Shown here piece after piece: positions 45,405-55,959 of a DNA stretch of 64,000 nucleotides; position 1 is the first letter of the stretch, and every line of letters starts with the position of its first letter. This DNA comes from a virus. Taxonomy: Duplodnaviria > Caudoviricetes. The notes beneath the pieces are model-generated. The model worked only from the letters and a program-made list of their open reading frames with translations. It did not search any database and was not told the origin of the DNA. The position numbers and the translations under genes are program-made. The stretch lies in IMG/VR virus record IMGVR_UViG_3300011577_000001. The stretch is one strand, 5' to 3'.

Positions 45405-45431
45405 CGGCATAGAGGGAGCCGAAGCCCCCTC
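45405..45431 (-). terminator. Hairpin
   Basis: Minus strand GAGGGGGC-TTCG-GCTCCCTC-TATGCCG. Confidence 0.65.
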
Positions 45432-45437
45432 GACACT

Positions 45438-46010
45438 TTAAGCATCCATCAGGGTGACGTTACCCACGTTGCGAGTCGCAGCGAGGTAATCCAACTGACC
45501 ACCATTCGGGTCTACGATCTTGATGAAGAAGCTACCACCACTGGACGACTTCGGCAGGAACCGAGGTGAGTTGTTGGCAATCTTCAACTCCAACACACCG
45601 GCTACAGTCATCGCTTCGTTAAACGCAGTGGCGTCAGTTACAGCACCACCGGTAGTTGGGTGCAGGACGTCCTGTGCTTCGACTACAAGGCCGTACTGGT
45701 TCTTCATGTACGTCGCCATGGTAGCGAACGTGAACGGGTAAGCAGTGGTGAATGGGAACTCCACATAGCCTGCCAACAGGGTCGTCACGTTAGCCCGTTT
45801 CCACGTCACAGGAACCGTTCCTTTATAGCGTCCTGGAACGCCAGAGGTCGCAGTCACACGAGCAGTCATCGTACACGTCACTGACTGTCCGTTACCGGTG
45901 TAAGCCAAGTCCAGATGCGCAACGTCCAGATAGTGGTCGTTGTAATCCTGGAACAGTTTCACCAGCACGTCACTGCCAGTGCTCTTCAAAACTTCACTGA
46001 GTTCTAACAC
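45438..46010 (-). CDS. Probable tail/baseplate protein
   Basis: YKG..PVTWKR motif parallels FEG..IFIYNRL in the upstream gene. Confidence 0.6.
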   Translation of the reverse strand: MLELSEVLKSTGSDVLVKLFQDYNDHYLDVAHLDLAYTGNGQSVTCTMTARVTATSGVPGRYKGTVPVTWKRANVTTLLAGYVEFPFTTAYPFTFATMATYMKNQYGLVVEAQDVLHPTTGGAVTDATAFNEAMTVAGVLELKIANNSPRFLPKSSSGGSFFIKIVDPNGGQLDYLAATRNVGNVTLMDA

Positions 46011-46021
46011 CGCAGTGCTCC

Positions 46022-47284
46022 TTAAGTCAGTTTGCTCAGGTTGTAGTGAATCATCAGACTACCCCTGAGGTTGGTGCAATATTGGTCGTTGAGTTCAATC
46101 ACGGCGATGTAACCCATGAACATGTTGTACGCCTGATTGTACTTACGGTTGAACCCGTTGAAGATCACTTTCGCCCCATACAGGTTATTCTTCGACGCAC
46201 GGTTCACACACTTCCAGCGGTTCTCACCAGTTGCATCCTCGTTGTTGAGGATGAAGTTGATGAAGTCCACGTCGGTGTTGTTGGCAGTGAATTCGTAGTC
46301 AGTTGGGAACGCGGTGATCTGCGTTGGGTAATTGTGACCGTGGTACTGGCCTCCGTTAAGGAGTTCAGGCGGCGACTTAAACGTGATTGGGAACTCAGGC
46401 AGAATCTTACCCAAGCGAGAACTGTAGTAGATGACCAAATCACCCGCCACATCCGTACAGTAGTGAGACGACAGCTCAATGATCAGAGCTTTCGTAGCAG
46501 CACTGTTGTATGGTACCAACCCGATGTTCTCTACCCGACCGTTGTACTTGATAGTGGCACCAAACAGGTTACGAGGACCTGGAGTGTTCTGGTACTTCCA
46601 CGTGGTTTGTACGCCAATTGGAAGATCACCGTAGATCACATCCAGATACTTGGCCAACGTCACCGCATCAGACACGGGTCCTTTGCGAATGTCGTTCAGG
46701 TAAACGCCGTAGGAGAGCCCATCAGTGAACGGTTTGCGATGGGTAACAAACGGACGTCCTTGGTTTTCCACAACGTCGATCCCACCCAAGTCGGTGGTCT
46801 TGGCCAGTGATTCCAGAGAGTCGCGCGGTAACAGGTTAACTGTCAGTTCCCCAACCCAACGTTTGGATCGTGGAGTAGCACGTAGGACGTAACCGTGGGC
46901 ATTGGCAACCGTGATAACCTCTTCGTAGAAGTCGTCACTGTCAAACACGTAACCGTATTCAGCGGTCAGAATGTCCACCAAATATGAAGTGGTGGTCGGT
47001 AAGTCCAACGTCAGGTTGATCTTCACACCCTCGAAGAAAGTGCCTAAGTCCAACCGGTTATAGATGAAGATACTTTGACCCTCGAACGGTACCGGAGCAA
47101 ATGGATCAAAGCTCTTGCGTACCTTAAGCGTTACCTGAGTCTGTCGCCCCGTCAGCGCTACAATGTCGGTGATCTGAATGATGTCCTCACGAAGAGTCAC
47201 ATTGTTGCGAGCACCAGCAATCTCAAGTAAAGCCTTCGTAGGAGTCAGTTTAAGAAGACCGATCGTGTCTAGCACTGTCCTCAC
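46022..47284 (-). CDS. Probable tail/baseplate protein with a duplicated C-terminal domain
   Basis: Two W....NL(F/Y)GA..(Y/F)NG...IEL...YCT...G.L.I.Y units. Confidence 0.65.
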   Translation of the reverse strand: MRTVLDTIGLLKLTPTKALLEIAGARNNVTLREDIIQITDIVALTGRQTQVTLKVRKSFDPFAPVPFEGQSIFIYNRLDLGTFFEGVKINLTLDLPTTTSYLVDILTAEYGYVFDSDDFYEEVITVANAHGYVLRATPRSKRWVGELTVNLLPRDSLESLAKTTDLGGIDVVENQGRPFVTHRKPFTDGLSYGVYLNDIRKGPVSDAVTLAKYLDVIYGDLPIGVQTTWKYQNTPGPRNLFGATIKYNGRVENIGLVPYNSAATKALIIELSSHYCTDVAGDLVIYYSSRLGKILPEFPITFKSPPELLNGGQYHGHNYPTQITAFPTDYEFTANNTDVDFINFILNNEDATGENRWKCVNRASKNNLYGAKVIFNGFNRKYNQAYNMFMGYIAVIELNDQYCTNLRGSLMIHYNLSKLT

Positions 47285-47292
47285 TCCTTACA

Positions 47293-47339
47293 AGCAAAAA
47301 AAGAAAGACTCACACCCCCCCGAAAGAATGTGTGAGTCC
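47293..47339 (-). terminator. Intrinsic terminator
   Basis: GACTCACAC inverted repeat with TTTCTTTTTTTGC on the minus strand. Confidence 0.7.
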
Positions 47340-47344
47340 ATGGG

Positions 47345-50224
47345 TTACTCAGGCGGATTCAACTTTAAGCCATCAAGGCGGATGAAGGGGCGAGGATTCA
47401 ACGTCAACCCAGGCAAACGAGTAATTACTACCATGTCTGCCAGAGCATTCGAATATTCAAAGCCTTCCATCTCACTCGAGAGCGTCAGATTAGGTAGGGG
47501 TTCACCATACTCCAGTCCTTCCATCAACGGGTTCAACTTCAACGCTGTTTCTTCAAACGGCGCGTAGTCAAAGCCATCACAGGACAAGTTTGGAAGAGGC
47601 TCAGCCTCACCATACTCGAATCCTTCCATAACTGGATTGAGGTTCAACGGTTTCTTAGGAGCTGGGTAATCAAACCCTGCAAGCTCTTCAACCAGTTGCA
47701 GGTCTTCGGACTGCTCAGCGTAATCCAAACCGGTCAGGTCAGTTTCCAACTCCTCTACCACCAGCGGTGCTGGGTAGTCAAAGCCAGTTTGGTCTTTGGT
47801 CAGAGCCAACTCAGTACCCAAGTCCTCGTATTGGAACCCGTCCATTTCTGGACGCAGGTCTACTGGAGGAGGCGCCGATGGATAGTCGAAACCATCCAAG
47901 TCTCGTAGCTCGATCTTCGCTTCAAGGAATGGTGAATAGTCAAACCCATTCATCGTCAAGGTGACGATAGGGGACACAGTGCTTGGACGGTAATCGAAGC
48001 CATCCAGATTGACTTTCGCCAACACCTTGTCAATGTGTTTGTATTCTCCGATATTGTGCGGCGGAGTATCTGGGTACAGGTATTCTGGCACCGGCGTCTT
48101 GTTGATGACGTCGTCCAGATCCAAGACCTTAGGCTCTGCGATCGAGAAGTAAACCGTTGGAATAACGTGGCGGACGTAGTAGGCAGTGTAGGCGTCTGCG
48201 CCGAAGTTCACTGTTGGGTCGTAACTCCCAGCATTGTGTTCTTCTGCACCTGTAGACATCTCGAACGTGATGGAATCCAAGTCCGTGATATCAACGTGTT
48301 TACCTGTACCATCCATACCTTGAACGTACACGTTGGCGCTGTGTACTTTCATTCCACCTGCACCGTCACCGGTTTGATCGCCAACACGAATGGCTGACCA
48401 GTTGAGCGCAATCATATTCGTACCGCGCAGCTCTTTGAGGAACTGTACGGTGTAACTGCTCAGTTGAGAGAGCAGACGAATCATGGCGTTCTGGAGTTCT
48501 TCCAGCGACACGGTGACGTGTAAACTGGTGCCCGTGCAAAGTGCTAACAGGTTGTTGTACAACATTTCGAACTCAGCTTGGCCGAAGTTCGTCACATCCA
48601 GTTGATGATCCTTCAACCATTGGTCGTAGGTCACCTTGTCAGCTAAGTTGCACTCCTTGATCATGTACAGGTGGTTGGCCGCTGCTTCTGCTTGGCCACG
48701 CGCGACATGGTGCTCTTGCGTGGTGTACAGCCAGTTATGCTCTCGCCAAGCAGCGTGGATTTCCACACACTTGTTATAGAAAGCATCAACAGACATCATC
48801 TTGTCGATCACTGGTTGATCTCGAAGCATCGCGTTAAGCAATGCGTCGGGAACGTACTGTTGCTCGGTGATCTTGCGCAAGTCTGCGAAGGTAGGCAACA
48901 CTCGCTTACGAACAAAGAACGCGTCAATGTTCGGAACGTATGGCATCTCCTGTCCTAGCGCCCGGTTCAGGGAATAAAGGAACAGGATAAACGCATCTTT
49001 GGCATTCATCCACACCTGGTCACCCGTCAACGGATTGTCGAAGGAGATGATGGTGGTGTAGAGACCCTCGGTTGAGAAGTACAACCAGTGGTTCAACAGA
49101 ACGTCAGAGAACGTGACAGCGTGGTCGTTACTGCGGTCGACCACGGAGGACTCGAGGACTTTCGTCTTGAGTCTGTTCTTCGGACTGTTCTTCATCTTGT
49201 CCGTAACGCTGCGGACTTCCCGATCAGTTTCGTTGTAGTTACCTGGTGCAATACCAGATTCCCGTTCAACGATCCCTTGGACAGTCCACGTGTTTACCGG
49301 GTTACCGCTCGACAGGCGAGACAGCTCTTTTCGCTTGACCTCAATAGTGGGGTATAAGTTGTCCGGTTGATCACTTACGTTATGATGTAGGTTGTATTCC
49401 GATACCGGAAGCATCCTTAAAGTCATCACCTTCTCGACCAACCAGTCGAACGTATCCTGCTTACCAGCGTTGCGTTGGATGTACAGAATGTTCCGGTAGA
49501 AGAAGAGCATCTGCTCTTTGGTCATATGGGTGATGAACTGATCCAGACGCCCATGCGACGCCAAGTACTCTCGGATATGGAAGCTGTGTACTCGCTCCGT
49601 CCGACAGTTCTCAAGTCGTGCGTTCTCGATAATCAGTGGGAGTTCCATGTAGAGCAAAGCCAAGAAGGCGGCCGGGTAAAGGTCGTCAACAATGGCGTAC
49701 TCAGGAATGTCCCAACGAGTGTATCGGGCATCAATCTTTTCTTGAATCTGGTCGATCAGACTGGTTTCGTTCTCCTCTATTAAGGAGCGGTCAATCCAGA
49801 GGATCTTTCCATCAGGGGCATCAATCGCCGTTTGAAGGTCAACTGGGTTGAGGATACCCAAGATCAGGTCTTCCTGGTCAGGGTAACGCTTCACCAATTC
49901 GTTGTAATAGCGAGTCCCGTAAGCGTAAGCTCTCAGGGTATCGCGGTGGATCGCAAGCGTCTCGATGTCGAAGGAAATCTCTTGACGAGTCTCCAATGAC
50001 ACCACAGTCATCTTTGTGTCGGTTGAGTGATAACGCCCAGCTAAATTCAGATAGTATTTCCATGTGGTAGGATCGTCTACGTTGACGTATACCTTCTTCT
50101 CGGACAGACCTGTATTTATAGCGTTAGCACTCGCTTCACTCTTGATGACAATCGTTTTCGCCATCGTGAGGATGGAGTCCACGTAGAGTCTGTAGTAAGC
50201 GTTGGACACGTCACGGTCCTCCAA
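47345..50224 (-). CDS. Large virion structural (baseplate wedge-like) protein with C-terminal xGFDY repeats
   Basis: WKYYLNLAGRYH and FFYRNILYI..NAGKQ.TF blocks; ~13 short repeats at the C-terminus. Confidence 0.7.
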   Translation of the reverse strand: MEDRDVSNAYYRLYVDSILTMAKTIVIKSEASANAINTGLSEKKVYVNVDDPTTWKYYLNLAGRYHSTDTKMTVVSLETRQEISFDIETLAIHRDTLRAYAYGTRYYNELVKRYPDQEDLILGILNPVDLQTAIDAPDGKILWIDRSLIEENETSLIDQIQEKIDARYTRWDIPEYAIVDDLYPAAFLALLYMELPLIIENARLENCRTERVHSFHIREYLASHGRLDQFITHMTKEQMLFFYRNILYIQRNAGKQDTFDWLVEKVMTLRMLPVSEYNLHHNVSDQPDNLYPTIEVKRKELSRLSSGNPVNTWTVQGIVERESGIAPGNYNETDREVRSVTDKMKNSPKNRLKTKVLESSVVDRSNDHAVTFSDVLLNHWLYFSTEGLYTTIISFDNPLTGDQVWMNAKDAFILFLYSLNRALGQEMPYVPNIDAFFVRKRVLPTFADLRKITEQQYVPDALLNAMLRDQPVIDKMMSVDAFYNKCVEIHAAWREHNWLYTTQEHHVARGQAEAAANHLYMIKECNLADKVTYDQWLKDHQLDVTNFGQAEFEMLYNNLLALCTGTSLHVTVSLEELQNAMIRLLSQLSSYTVQFLKELRGTNMIALNWSAIRVGDQTGDGAGGMKVHSANVYVQGMDGTGKHVDITDLDSITFEMSTGAEEHNAGSYDPTVNFGADAYTAYYVRHVIPTVYFSIAEPKVLDLDDVINKTPVPEYLYPDTPPHNIGEYKHIDKVLAKVNLDGFDYRPSTVSPIVTLTMNGFDYSPFLEAKIELRDLDGFDYPSAPPPVDLRPEMDGFQYEDLGTELALTKDQTGFDYPAPLVVEELETDLTGLDYAEQSEDLQLVEELAGFDYPAPKKPLNLNPVMEGFEYGEAEPLPNLSCDGFDYAPFEETALKLNPLMEGLEYGEPLPNLTLSSEMEGFEYSNALADMVVITRLPGLTLNPRPFIRLDGLKLNPPE

Positions 50225-50258
50225 TCAACTTTCTTAAATTGTCACTGGGAGCGGTAAT

Positions 50259-53144
50259 ATGGGCCCTAACTATGACGCCAACCAGATGCAAATGCTGGGG
50301 CTGGACAGTCAGAAACGGCGTTTCGAAAAACTCGGGCTGTTCAAGAAACGACCCTTGGCGACCGCTGTCGTAAGTAAGCTGGTGCGGGCCGGTACCGATG
50401 TACTGGACATCAACACTGGCCAGAACAACCGTGGCGGTGCAGACATGCCCACCTCGGGCTACCTGAACAAAGTCTCGGACACCACTGCGTCGAACGTCAC
50501 TGACGCAGCCAACTTGTACCAGATGTTGCCTGATACCGAACTGGCAGAACAGATCCTGGTCAGTAGTATTCTGTCCCCGAAGGACATGGTTACTACCGAG
50601 CTGAATTACCTCTGTAATGAGACCTCCTTGAAGGGAGACATCACAGGGGTTCTGTTGGCTGTAGTCGAGGAGTTTTTCACCAAAGTCTATAAAATAGATC
50701 CCCAACTGAAGACGATTCTTTCGGACGTTCTGTTCAAGAAAGGTTCGTACCCAGTCCTGATCATTCCTGAGTCGTCGGTTGATGAAATCATCAACGGTGA
50801 CAAGCCGGGTACAGGTCTGGAATCCCTGAGCGGGAAAGGTTCGGATCTGTTCAACTACAGCATCGGGATCTTGGGTGACTCCAAGTTCGAGGACGGGAAG
50901 AAAGTCCCACGTGGGCGTCAAACGCTCTCGATGGAAGACATGAACCAGTACCTCACGCAAAACTTCCGCATGCTGCGTCCACGTCTGGTGAAGAAAGGTT
51001 TCGATACCAAGATCACCGTCTCGGACAACCCGGACATCCTCAAAGCACCGTTTGCTTACGAGTTACAGCGTCGTACGCATTTGGCCAACACGTTCAAGTC
51101 TCGTGGCTTTGGTATGGAGTCGCAGAACGAAGTAACGCGTGACGATATCCAGATGTCGTTCTACCGCCCACGGACCAACCCAATGCGTCCTGTGGTAGCG
51201 ATGAAGACCAAGGACCAGATCAAGCGTGCTACAGTGGGTCACCCACTGGTCATGCGTCTGCCCTCGGAGTCGATCATTCCGGTACACGTTCCTGGCTCGC
51301 CAGAAGAACACATCGGCTACTTCGTAATCCTCGACCAGACTGGTAACCCAGTCGTGAAGGCCAACCGTTCAGAGTACTACAACGACCTGAACATGAACAT
51401 GACGATCAACAAAGACATGGCATCCCAGTTGATCTCGCAAGGCCAACGTACGGTTGAAGGTTACCAACAACGTTCTGACGTGGACACCGAGGAAGCTACT
51501 CGGATCTACGCACAGCTCGTAGAAGAAGACCTGATCGCTCGTCTGCGCAACGGTATCTACGCCGACAACATCGAGATTGCACGTCCTCTGGAAGTGTACC
51601 GGATCATGCTGGCGCGCACCTTTGCCAACATGTCTACTCAGTTGCTGTTCGTACCGGCTGAACTGGTAACCTACTTCGCCTTTGACTACAACCGTTGGGG
51701 TGTGGGTAAGTCGCTGCTGGAAGACAACAAAATCCTGGCTTCTCTGCGAGTCATGATGATGCTGTCCAACACCATGGCGGCTGTGAAGAACTCGGTACCA
51801 CACACTGGCCTGAACATTACCCTGGACCCGGCTGACCCTGATCCGTCTGGTACAGTGGAGAAACTGGTTCACAACTACACCCAAACTCGTCAAGCCTCGT
51901 ACCCACTGGGTGCGTCGAGTCCGGTGGACATCGTGAACTTCCTCCAGAACGCAGGTGTTGACCTTCATGTTTCTGGTTCTCCGGCCTACCCGGAAACCCG
52001 CATGGAAGTTGAAGACCGTCAGCGTTCGGTAGCCAAGCCTGACACGGATCTGGAAGACAACCTCAAGAAGCAATTCTTGATGTCGCTGGGTCTGTCGCCT
52101 GAAACGGTGGACAACGGTTACAACGTGGAGTTCGCAGCCAGTATCGTGACCTCCAACCTGTTGCTGACCAAACGAGTGATGCTCTACCAAGACCTCTTCA
52201 CTGAGCTGTTGGGCGAGTTCATTCGTAAGTACGTGTTCAACTCGGGTAACCTGCTCGATAAACTGCGCAAGGCTATTGAAGCCAACCGCAAGCTGATCGA
52301 AGTAGAGGACGGTCAAGAAGCACCAGATACCGAATCGATCCTTCACGAATTCGTGAACTCGATTGCAGTGTCCCTGCCGCGTCCTGACTCGATCACCATC
52401 GAACGCCAGATGGAAGCCTACGACAAGTATGTGGAAGCACTCGAGAAGTGCTTGGAAGCCTACTTCTCCTCCGACTTCCTTGACGGTACGGCGATGGGCG
52501 AGCAGCAGGAATCGGTAGATGTTGTGAAAGCAGCCATCCTTGCGCACTTCAAGCGTAAGTGGATGCGTGAGAACAACATGCTTCCTGAACTGGCTGATCT
52601 CGTGACGTTCACCGAAGACGAATCTCCAATGATTGACTTGCTCACTGAGCATACTCAACACATCGACGCTATCGGGGCCAGTATCCAAGGGTACATGATC
52701 AAAGTAGCGGAAGCCCAAGACGCTCGTAACAAACTCACCGAAGCAGTAGAAGCCGACAAACACATCGAAGTAGGTGGTGGCGGTGGTGGTGACTATGGTA
52801 GCTCGGACGACGACTCCGGTGGAGATGACGACATGGGTGACGATGATGGAATGGGTGGGGATGACGAGTTCGGAGGCGACGACTTCGACATGGACTCTGA
52901 CACTGGCGGAGATGACTCCGGCGATGACGCAGACTCCGGTGACGATGAAAGCCTTGAAGTAGACGATGCCGATGCTGCTGGCGCCGCTAGTGCAGGCGGA
53001 GACGGCGGTAACGACAACGGTGGGGATACCGATGAAGATATCGGTGAAGAGGGTTCTCCAGACACTGGTGGTAGCACCGGTTCGCTGAGCGAGTTCTTGG
53101 AATCCACCAAGCAGAAACGTCGCGACAACGAAAACCCGGCATAA
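50259..53144 (+). CDS. Probable portal protein (phiKZ gp129-like) with acidic C-terminal tail
   Basis: 961 aa, LPDTELAEQILVSSILSPKDM; divergent orientation near the capsid region; family call from recall. Confidence 0.65.
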   Translation: MGPNYDANQMQMLGLDSQKRRFEKLGLFKKRPLATAVVSKLVRAGTDVLDINTGQNNRGGADMPTSGYLNKVSDTTASNVTDAANLYQMLPDTELAEQILVSSILSPKDMVTTELNYLCNETSLKGDITGVLLAVVEEFFTKVYKIDPQLKTILSDVLFKKGSYPVLIIPESSVDEIINGDKPGTGLESLSGKGSDLFNYSIGILGDSKFEDGKKVPRGRQTLSMEDMNQYLTQNFRMLRPRLVKKGFDTKITVSDNPDILKAPFAYELQRRTHLANTFKSRGFGMESQNEVTRDDIQMSFYRPRTNPMRPVVAMKTKDQIKRATVGHPLVMRLPSESIIPVHVPGSPEEHIGYFVILDQTGNPVVKANRSEYYNDLNMNMTINKDMASQLISQGQRTVEGYQQRSDVDTEEATRIYAQLVEEDLIARLRNGIYADNIEIARPLEVYRIMLARTFANMSTQLLFVPAELVTYFAFDYNRWGVGKSLLEDNKILASLRVMMMLSNTMAAVKNSVPHTGLNITLDPADPDPSGTVEKLVHNYTQTRQASYPLGASSPVDIVNFLQNAGVDLHVSGSPAYPETRMEVEDRQRSVAKPDTDLEDNLKKQFLMSLGLSPETVDNGYNVEFAASIVTSNLLLTKRVMLYQDLFTELLGEFIRKYVFNSGNLLDKLRKAIEANRKLIEVEDGQEAPDTESILHEFVNSIAVSLPRPDSITIERQMEAYDKYVEALEKCLEAYFSSDFLDGTAMGEQQESVDVVKAAILAHFKRKWMRENNMLPELADLVTFTEDESPMIDLLTEHTQHIDAIGASIQGYMIKVAEAQDARNKLTEAVEADKHIEVGGGGGGDYGSSDDDSGGDDDMGDDDGMGGDDEFGGDDFDMDSDTGGDDSGDDADSGDDESLEVDDADAAGAASAGGDGGNDNGGDTDEDIGEEGSPDTGGSTGSLSEFLESTKQKRRDNENPA

Positions 53145-53191
53145 AAGCCAAAAAAAAAGAGCCTGGGGAAACCCGGGCTCTTTATGCCGTC
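53137..53191. terminator. Bidirectional terminator with nested inverted repeats
   Basis: CGGCATAAAAG..A9-GAGCCTGGG-gaaa-CCCGGGCTC-TTTATGCCG. Confidence 0.8.
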
Positions 53192-53618
53192 AAACGGCAG
53201 ATAGTAAGTGTTTGCGGTGATCACTGAGAATTCGATGGCGAACAATAGGCGCGATACCTTTGAACACCATAGAAACGTCTCCGTTCTCAGCGTAGTAAAC
53301 ATCAGAATGGCCCACTTCAAATGCTCTTTCAATGGCTTCGACGCAAGTGTTGATTTCATGATCGTGTGCTGCTTTCTGGAAGTAGAAGCTACCGCCAGGC
53401 AACGAGAACAGCACTTGTAGATCATCCGAATGGTGATTGTTGTCATTGATGAAAATGACTGCGCACCCGACAGGGAAACCAATCACGTTAGTCCAGCGTG
53501 ATTCACCCGTAAAGGTTTTACCACGACAGAATGGAATATAGTGGAGAACTTCTTGTCCGAACGATTCATTAATGTCCGTCAAGGCTTCCGGGGTGAAGTG
53601 CATCACAGTTACAGACAT
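53190..53618 (-). CDS. Hypothetical protein
   Basis: 142 aa, AAGG upstream. Confidence 0.65.
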   Translation of the reverse strand: MSVTVMHFTPEALTDINESFGQEVLHYIPFCRGKTFTGESRWTNVIGFPVGCAVIFINDNNHHSDDLQVLFSLPGGSFYFQKAAHDHEINTCVEAIERAFEVGHSDVYYAENGDVSMVFKGIAPIVRHRILSDHRKHLLSAV

Positions 53619-53648
53619 AACAAACCTTCTTAGGTTAAATAGTTGAGG

Positions 53649-53676
53649 GACATAGCGGGAGCCCGAAGGCCCCCGC
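53649..53676 (-). terminator. Hairpin
   Basis: Minus strand GCGGGGGCC-TTCG-GGCTCCCGC-TATGTC. Confidence 0.65.
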
Positions 53677-53684
53677 GTCAGTCA

Positions 53685-55943
53685 TTACAGCTTAACGCTG
53701 CGAACCAGTACAGCTTTCATACCGAGGTAGCCCGGCAGCACTTCCGTCACGCGCCCGTAGACGTCTACGATGTAGTGGCGGCTGAACTTCACGGCCTGAC
53801 CTTTGCAACGATCCAGCAGGGCTACACAGGCAGCGTGCAGTTCTGGTTGGGTCGAGGCTTTTACCGACTGCGCTTGCTCACCGTAGATCTCCACAGACCA
53901 CGGTACGTGAGTCACCGAGAACTTCTCGAAGCGAGCCAGGATGGAGTTCACCTTGGCTTTATTCTCACGAGTCATCTGATCACCCAACTTGCTCAGGTAA
54001 TCCCAGTACTCGTCACCCTTGAGGATGTTGGAGACTGCTTTGATGATGTCTTCCGCACGCTCTTGGTTCAGCAGGGTCCACAACAGACCCATTTGATCTT
54101 CGAGCAGTGCTTCGCCCAGGGATTCGATGTCGGCCACGAAGTTTTCAATTTCGAGGGCGTTACCGTAACCCAGGTTGATGGACAGCGCTTCGTTTACACG
54201 CTCGGTGAGAGCTTCGTTCAGAACGTTGTACAGACGAGCAGTGATCTGCTCACGTTCCATATGGTCAGCCAGGAAGCGTGCTGCGCCCACGAGGGTCGTC
54301 TTCTTGGCCAGTTCCAGCATCACGCCAATCATAGCGCCATCCACAGAGATCGGCTTCATCTCACGGAAGTAGTACTCGCGTACTTTCCCTTCGAAGTTGT
54401 CCGAGCCCAGTTTCAGGACTTCGTTCAGGCACTTGATCTCGGCTTCCTGGAAGGAGTGGGCCTCGATCTCTGTCGGAATGATCTTCACCTCAGGATTCTC
54501 CACAGGTGTCTCGCTGTGGTCCTCAGGATCGACAACCACTTGCGGTTTGTCCAGATCAGCTACTTCACGCCAGTTGGTCGGCACCACCCGCTTGGTTTCA
54601 TCAAGCTGGTACGGCTTACGCTGGCGGATTTCGTGTTGCAGGTATTCCATCTGTTCCATTTCGGCCTCACTGATTTCCTTCACGACTTCTTTCACGATGA
54701 AGGAACCATCGGCTTGCGGTGCACGAATGTGGAACTTCATGTGGGTGAGAGGGTTGAACGCTTCAGGCCATGGATTATCCACGGTCCAGGTGCGATCCCA
54801 GCCGCTGGAATGAGCCGGACGGATCTCGCTGCCGTTTTGCAAGCGCACGTAGTCGAATGGACGTTCCTCGTTGATCGAGTTCTTGTCCACCATACTGTTG
54901 AGGCTTACTTCGCCGCCGGTGGTGGCCTGGGTAGGCTCCACCAAAGGCTCTGGAGTGAGCGCCGCTTGTGCCCGTTGTTTTTCTACTCGCGCAGCGAATT
55001 CTTGCTGCTGCTTGTTCACGGGTTGTTGTGGTTGCACGTTGGTAGTCCCGAAGTCATTGAACATTTCCTCCACGACACCATTGGGCTGACCCGTAGGCTG
55101 CACTGGCCCTTGCGAACTACGGCCACGGGACGACACAAAGGCGTTGGAGGTAGAAGCCGGGGTTTCCTGTTGCACCTGTTGGGGAGCAGGTTCTGCTCCT
55201 TGTGGGCGCAGGGCCGTCCGTCCTTTATACCCCGAGTTAGGGTTATCGTAGACAGCGTTGGCTTGTGCAATGGTACTTTGAGTACCTGCGAAGCGACCCC
55301 AGTTGATGTTGGGGTTACCTGCTGGTTGGCTACCGCCGCCGGAATAAGGCCAGCCAGTACCTTGACGCGCCGCTTGGAACGAGGATTGCTGCTGGTTTCC
55401 AGGCCAGTTGTTGTTGAATTGTTGGTTGGTATTCGGCCACGGGCTCTGTTGGAACTGAGCCTGTTGATTGACCTGTGCTACTGCTTGTTCCAATTGCCCT
55501 TGCCGCTGCAACAGACGCTGGATCTCGGCTTCGATACCGACACCCATCATGTTTTTCACCATCGGGTTTTGCTGCGCGATAGTCGCCGTGTAGCAAGTGA
55601 CGATCTCATTCGCAGCGTTGGCCACGATTTGTTCTTGCGACTGACCTTGGCTAGCGGGCAGTTTCGCCATAGCTTCGGCCAGTTGCGTGGTGCTGTTGAG
55701 CAGCGTGTAGTACGTGTCGTTCTGCCAGGCGTTGTCCGACGCCATGTTGAACATGTAGCAACGCAGAGGGTTTTTCTGCGCATTGTCTTGCAGAAGTTTG
55801 ATCACGTACCCGTTTACGATAGCAGGGAAGTTGTTCTGGAACGGCACCTGGTAGGGTGCTCCCTGTACGTAGTACGTAGGGTTTGGCTCATTAGCAGAGT
55901 ACTGCCGATTACCCATGTTGTTGGATTGGTTGAAGAACGACAT
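53685..55943 (-). CDS. Hypothetical protein with Q/N-rich low-complexity region
   Basis: 752 aa, GGAG RBS, directly downstream of the RNAP subunit gene. Confidence 0.8.
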   Translation of the reverse strand: MSFFNQSNNMGNRQYSANEPNPTYYVQGAPYQVPFQNNFPAIVNGYVIKLLQDNAQKNPLRCYMFNMASDNAWQNDTYYTLLNSTTQLAEAMAKLPASQGQSQEQIVANAANEIVTCYTATIAQQNPMVKNMMGVGIEAEIQRLLQRQGQLEQAVAQVNQQAQFQQSPWPNTNQQFNNNWPGNQQQSSFQAARQGTGWPYSGGGSQPAGNPNINWGRFAGTQSTIAQANAVYDNPNSGYKGRTALRPQGAEPAPQQVQQETPASTSNAFVSSRGRSSQGPVQPTGQPNGVVEEMFNDFGTTNVQPQQPVNKQQQEFAARVEKQRAQAALTPEPLVEPTQATTGGEVSLNSMVDKNSINEERPFDYVRLQNGSEIRPAHSSGWDRTWTVDNPWPEAFNPLTHMKFHIRAPQADGSFIVKEVVKEISEAEMEQMEYLQHEIRQRKPYQLDETKRVVPTNWREVADLDKPQVVVDPEDHSETPVENPEVKIIPTEIEAHSFQEAEIKCLNEVLKLGSDNFEGKVREYYFREMKPISVDGAMIGVMLELAKKTTLVGAARFLADHMEREQITARLYNVLNEALTERVNEALSINLGYGNALEIENFVADIESLGEALLEDQMGLLWTLLNQERAEDIIKAVSNILKGDEYWDYLSKLGDQMTRENKAKVNSILARFEKFSVTHVPWSVEIYGEQAQSVKASTQPELHAACVALLDRCKGQAVKFSRHYIVDVYGRVTEVLPGYLGMKAVLVRSVKL

Positions 55944-55959
55944 GCTGGGTTAACTCCAC

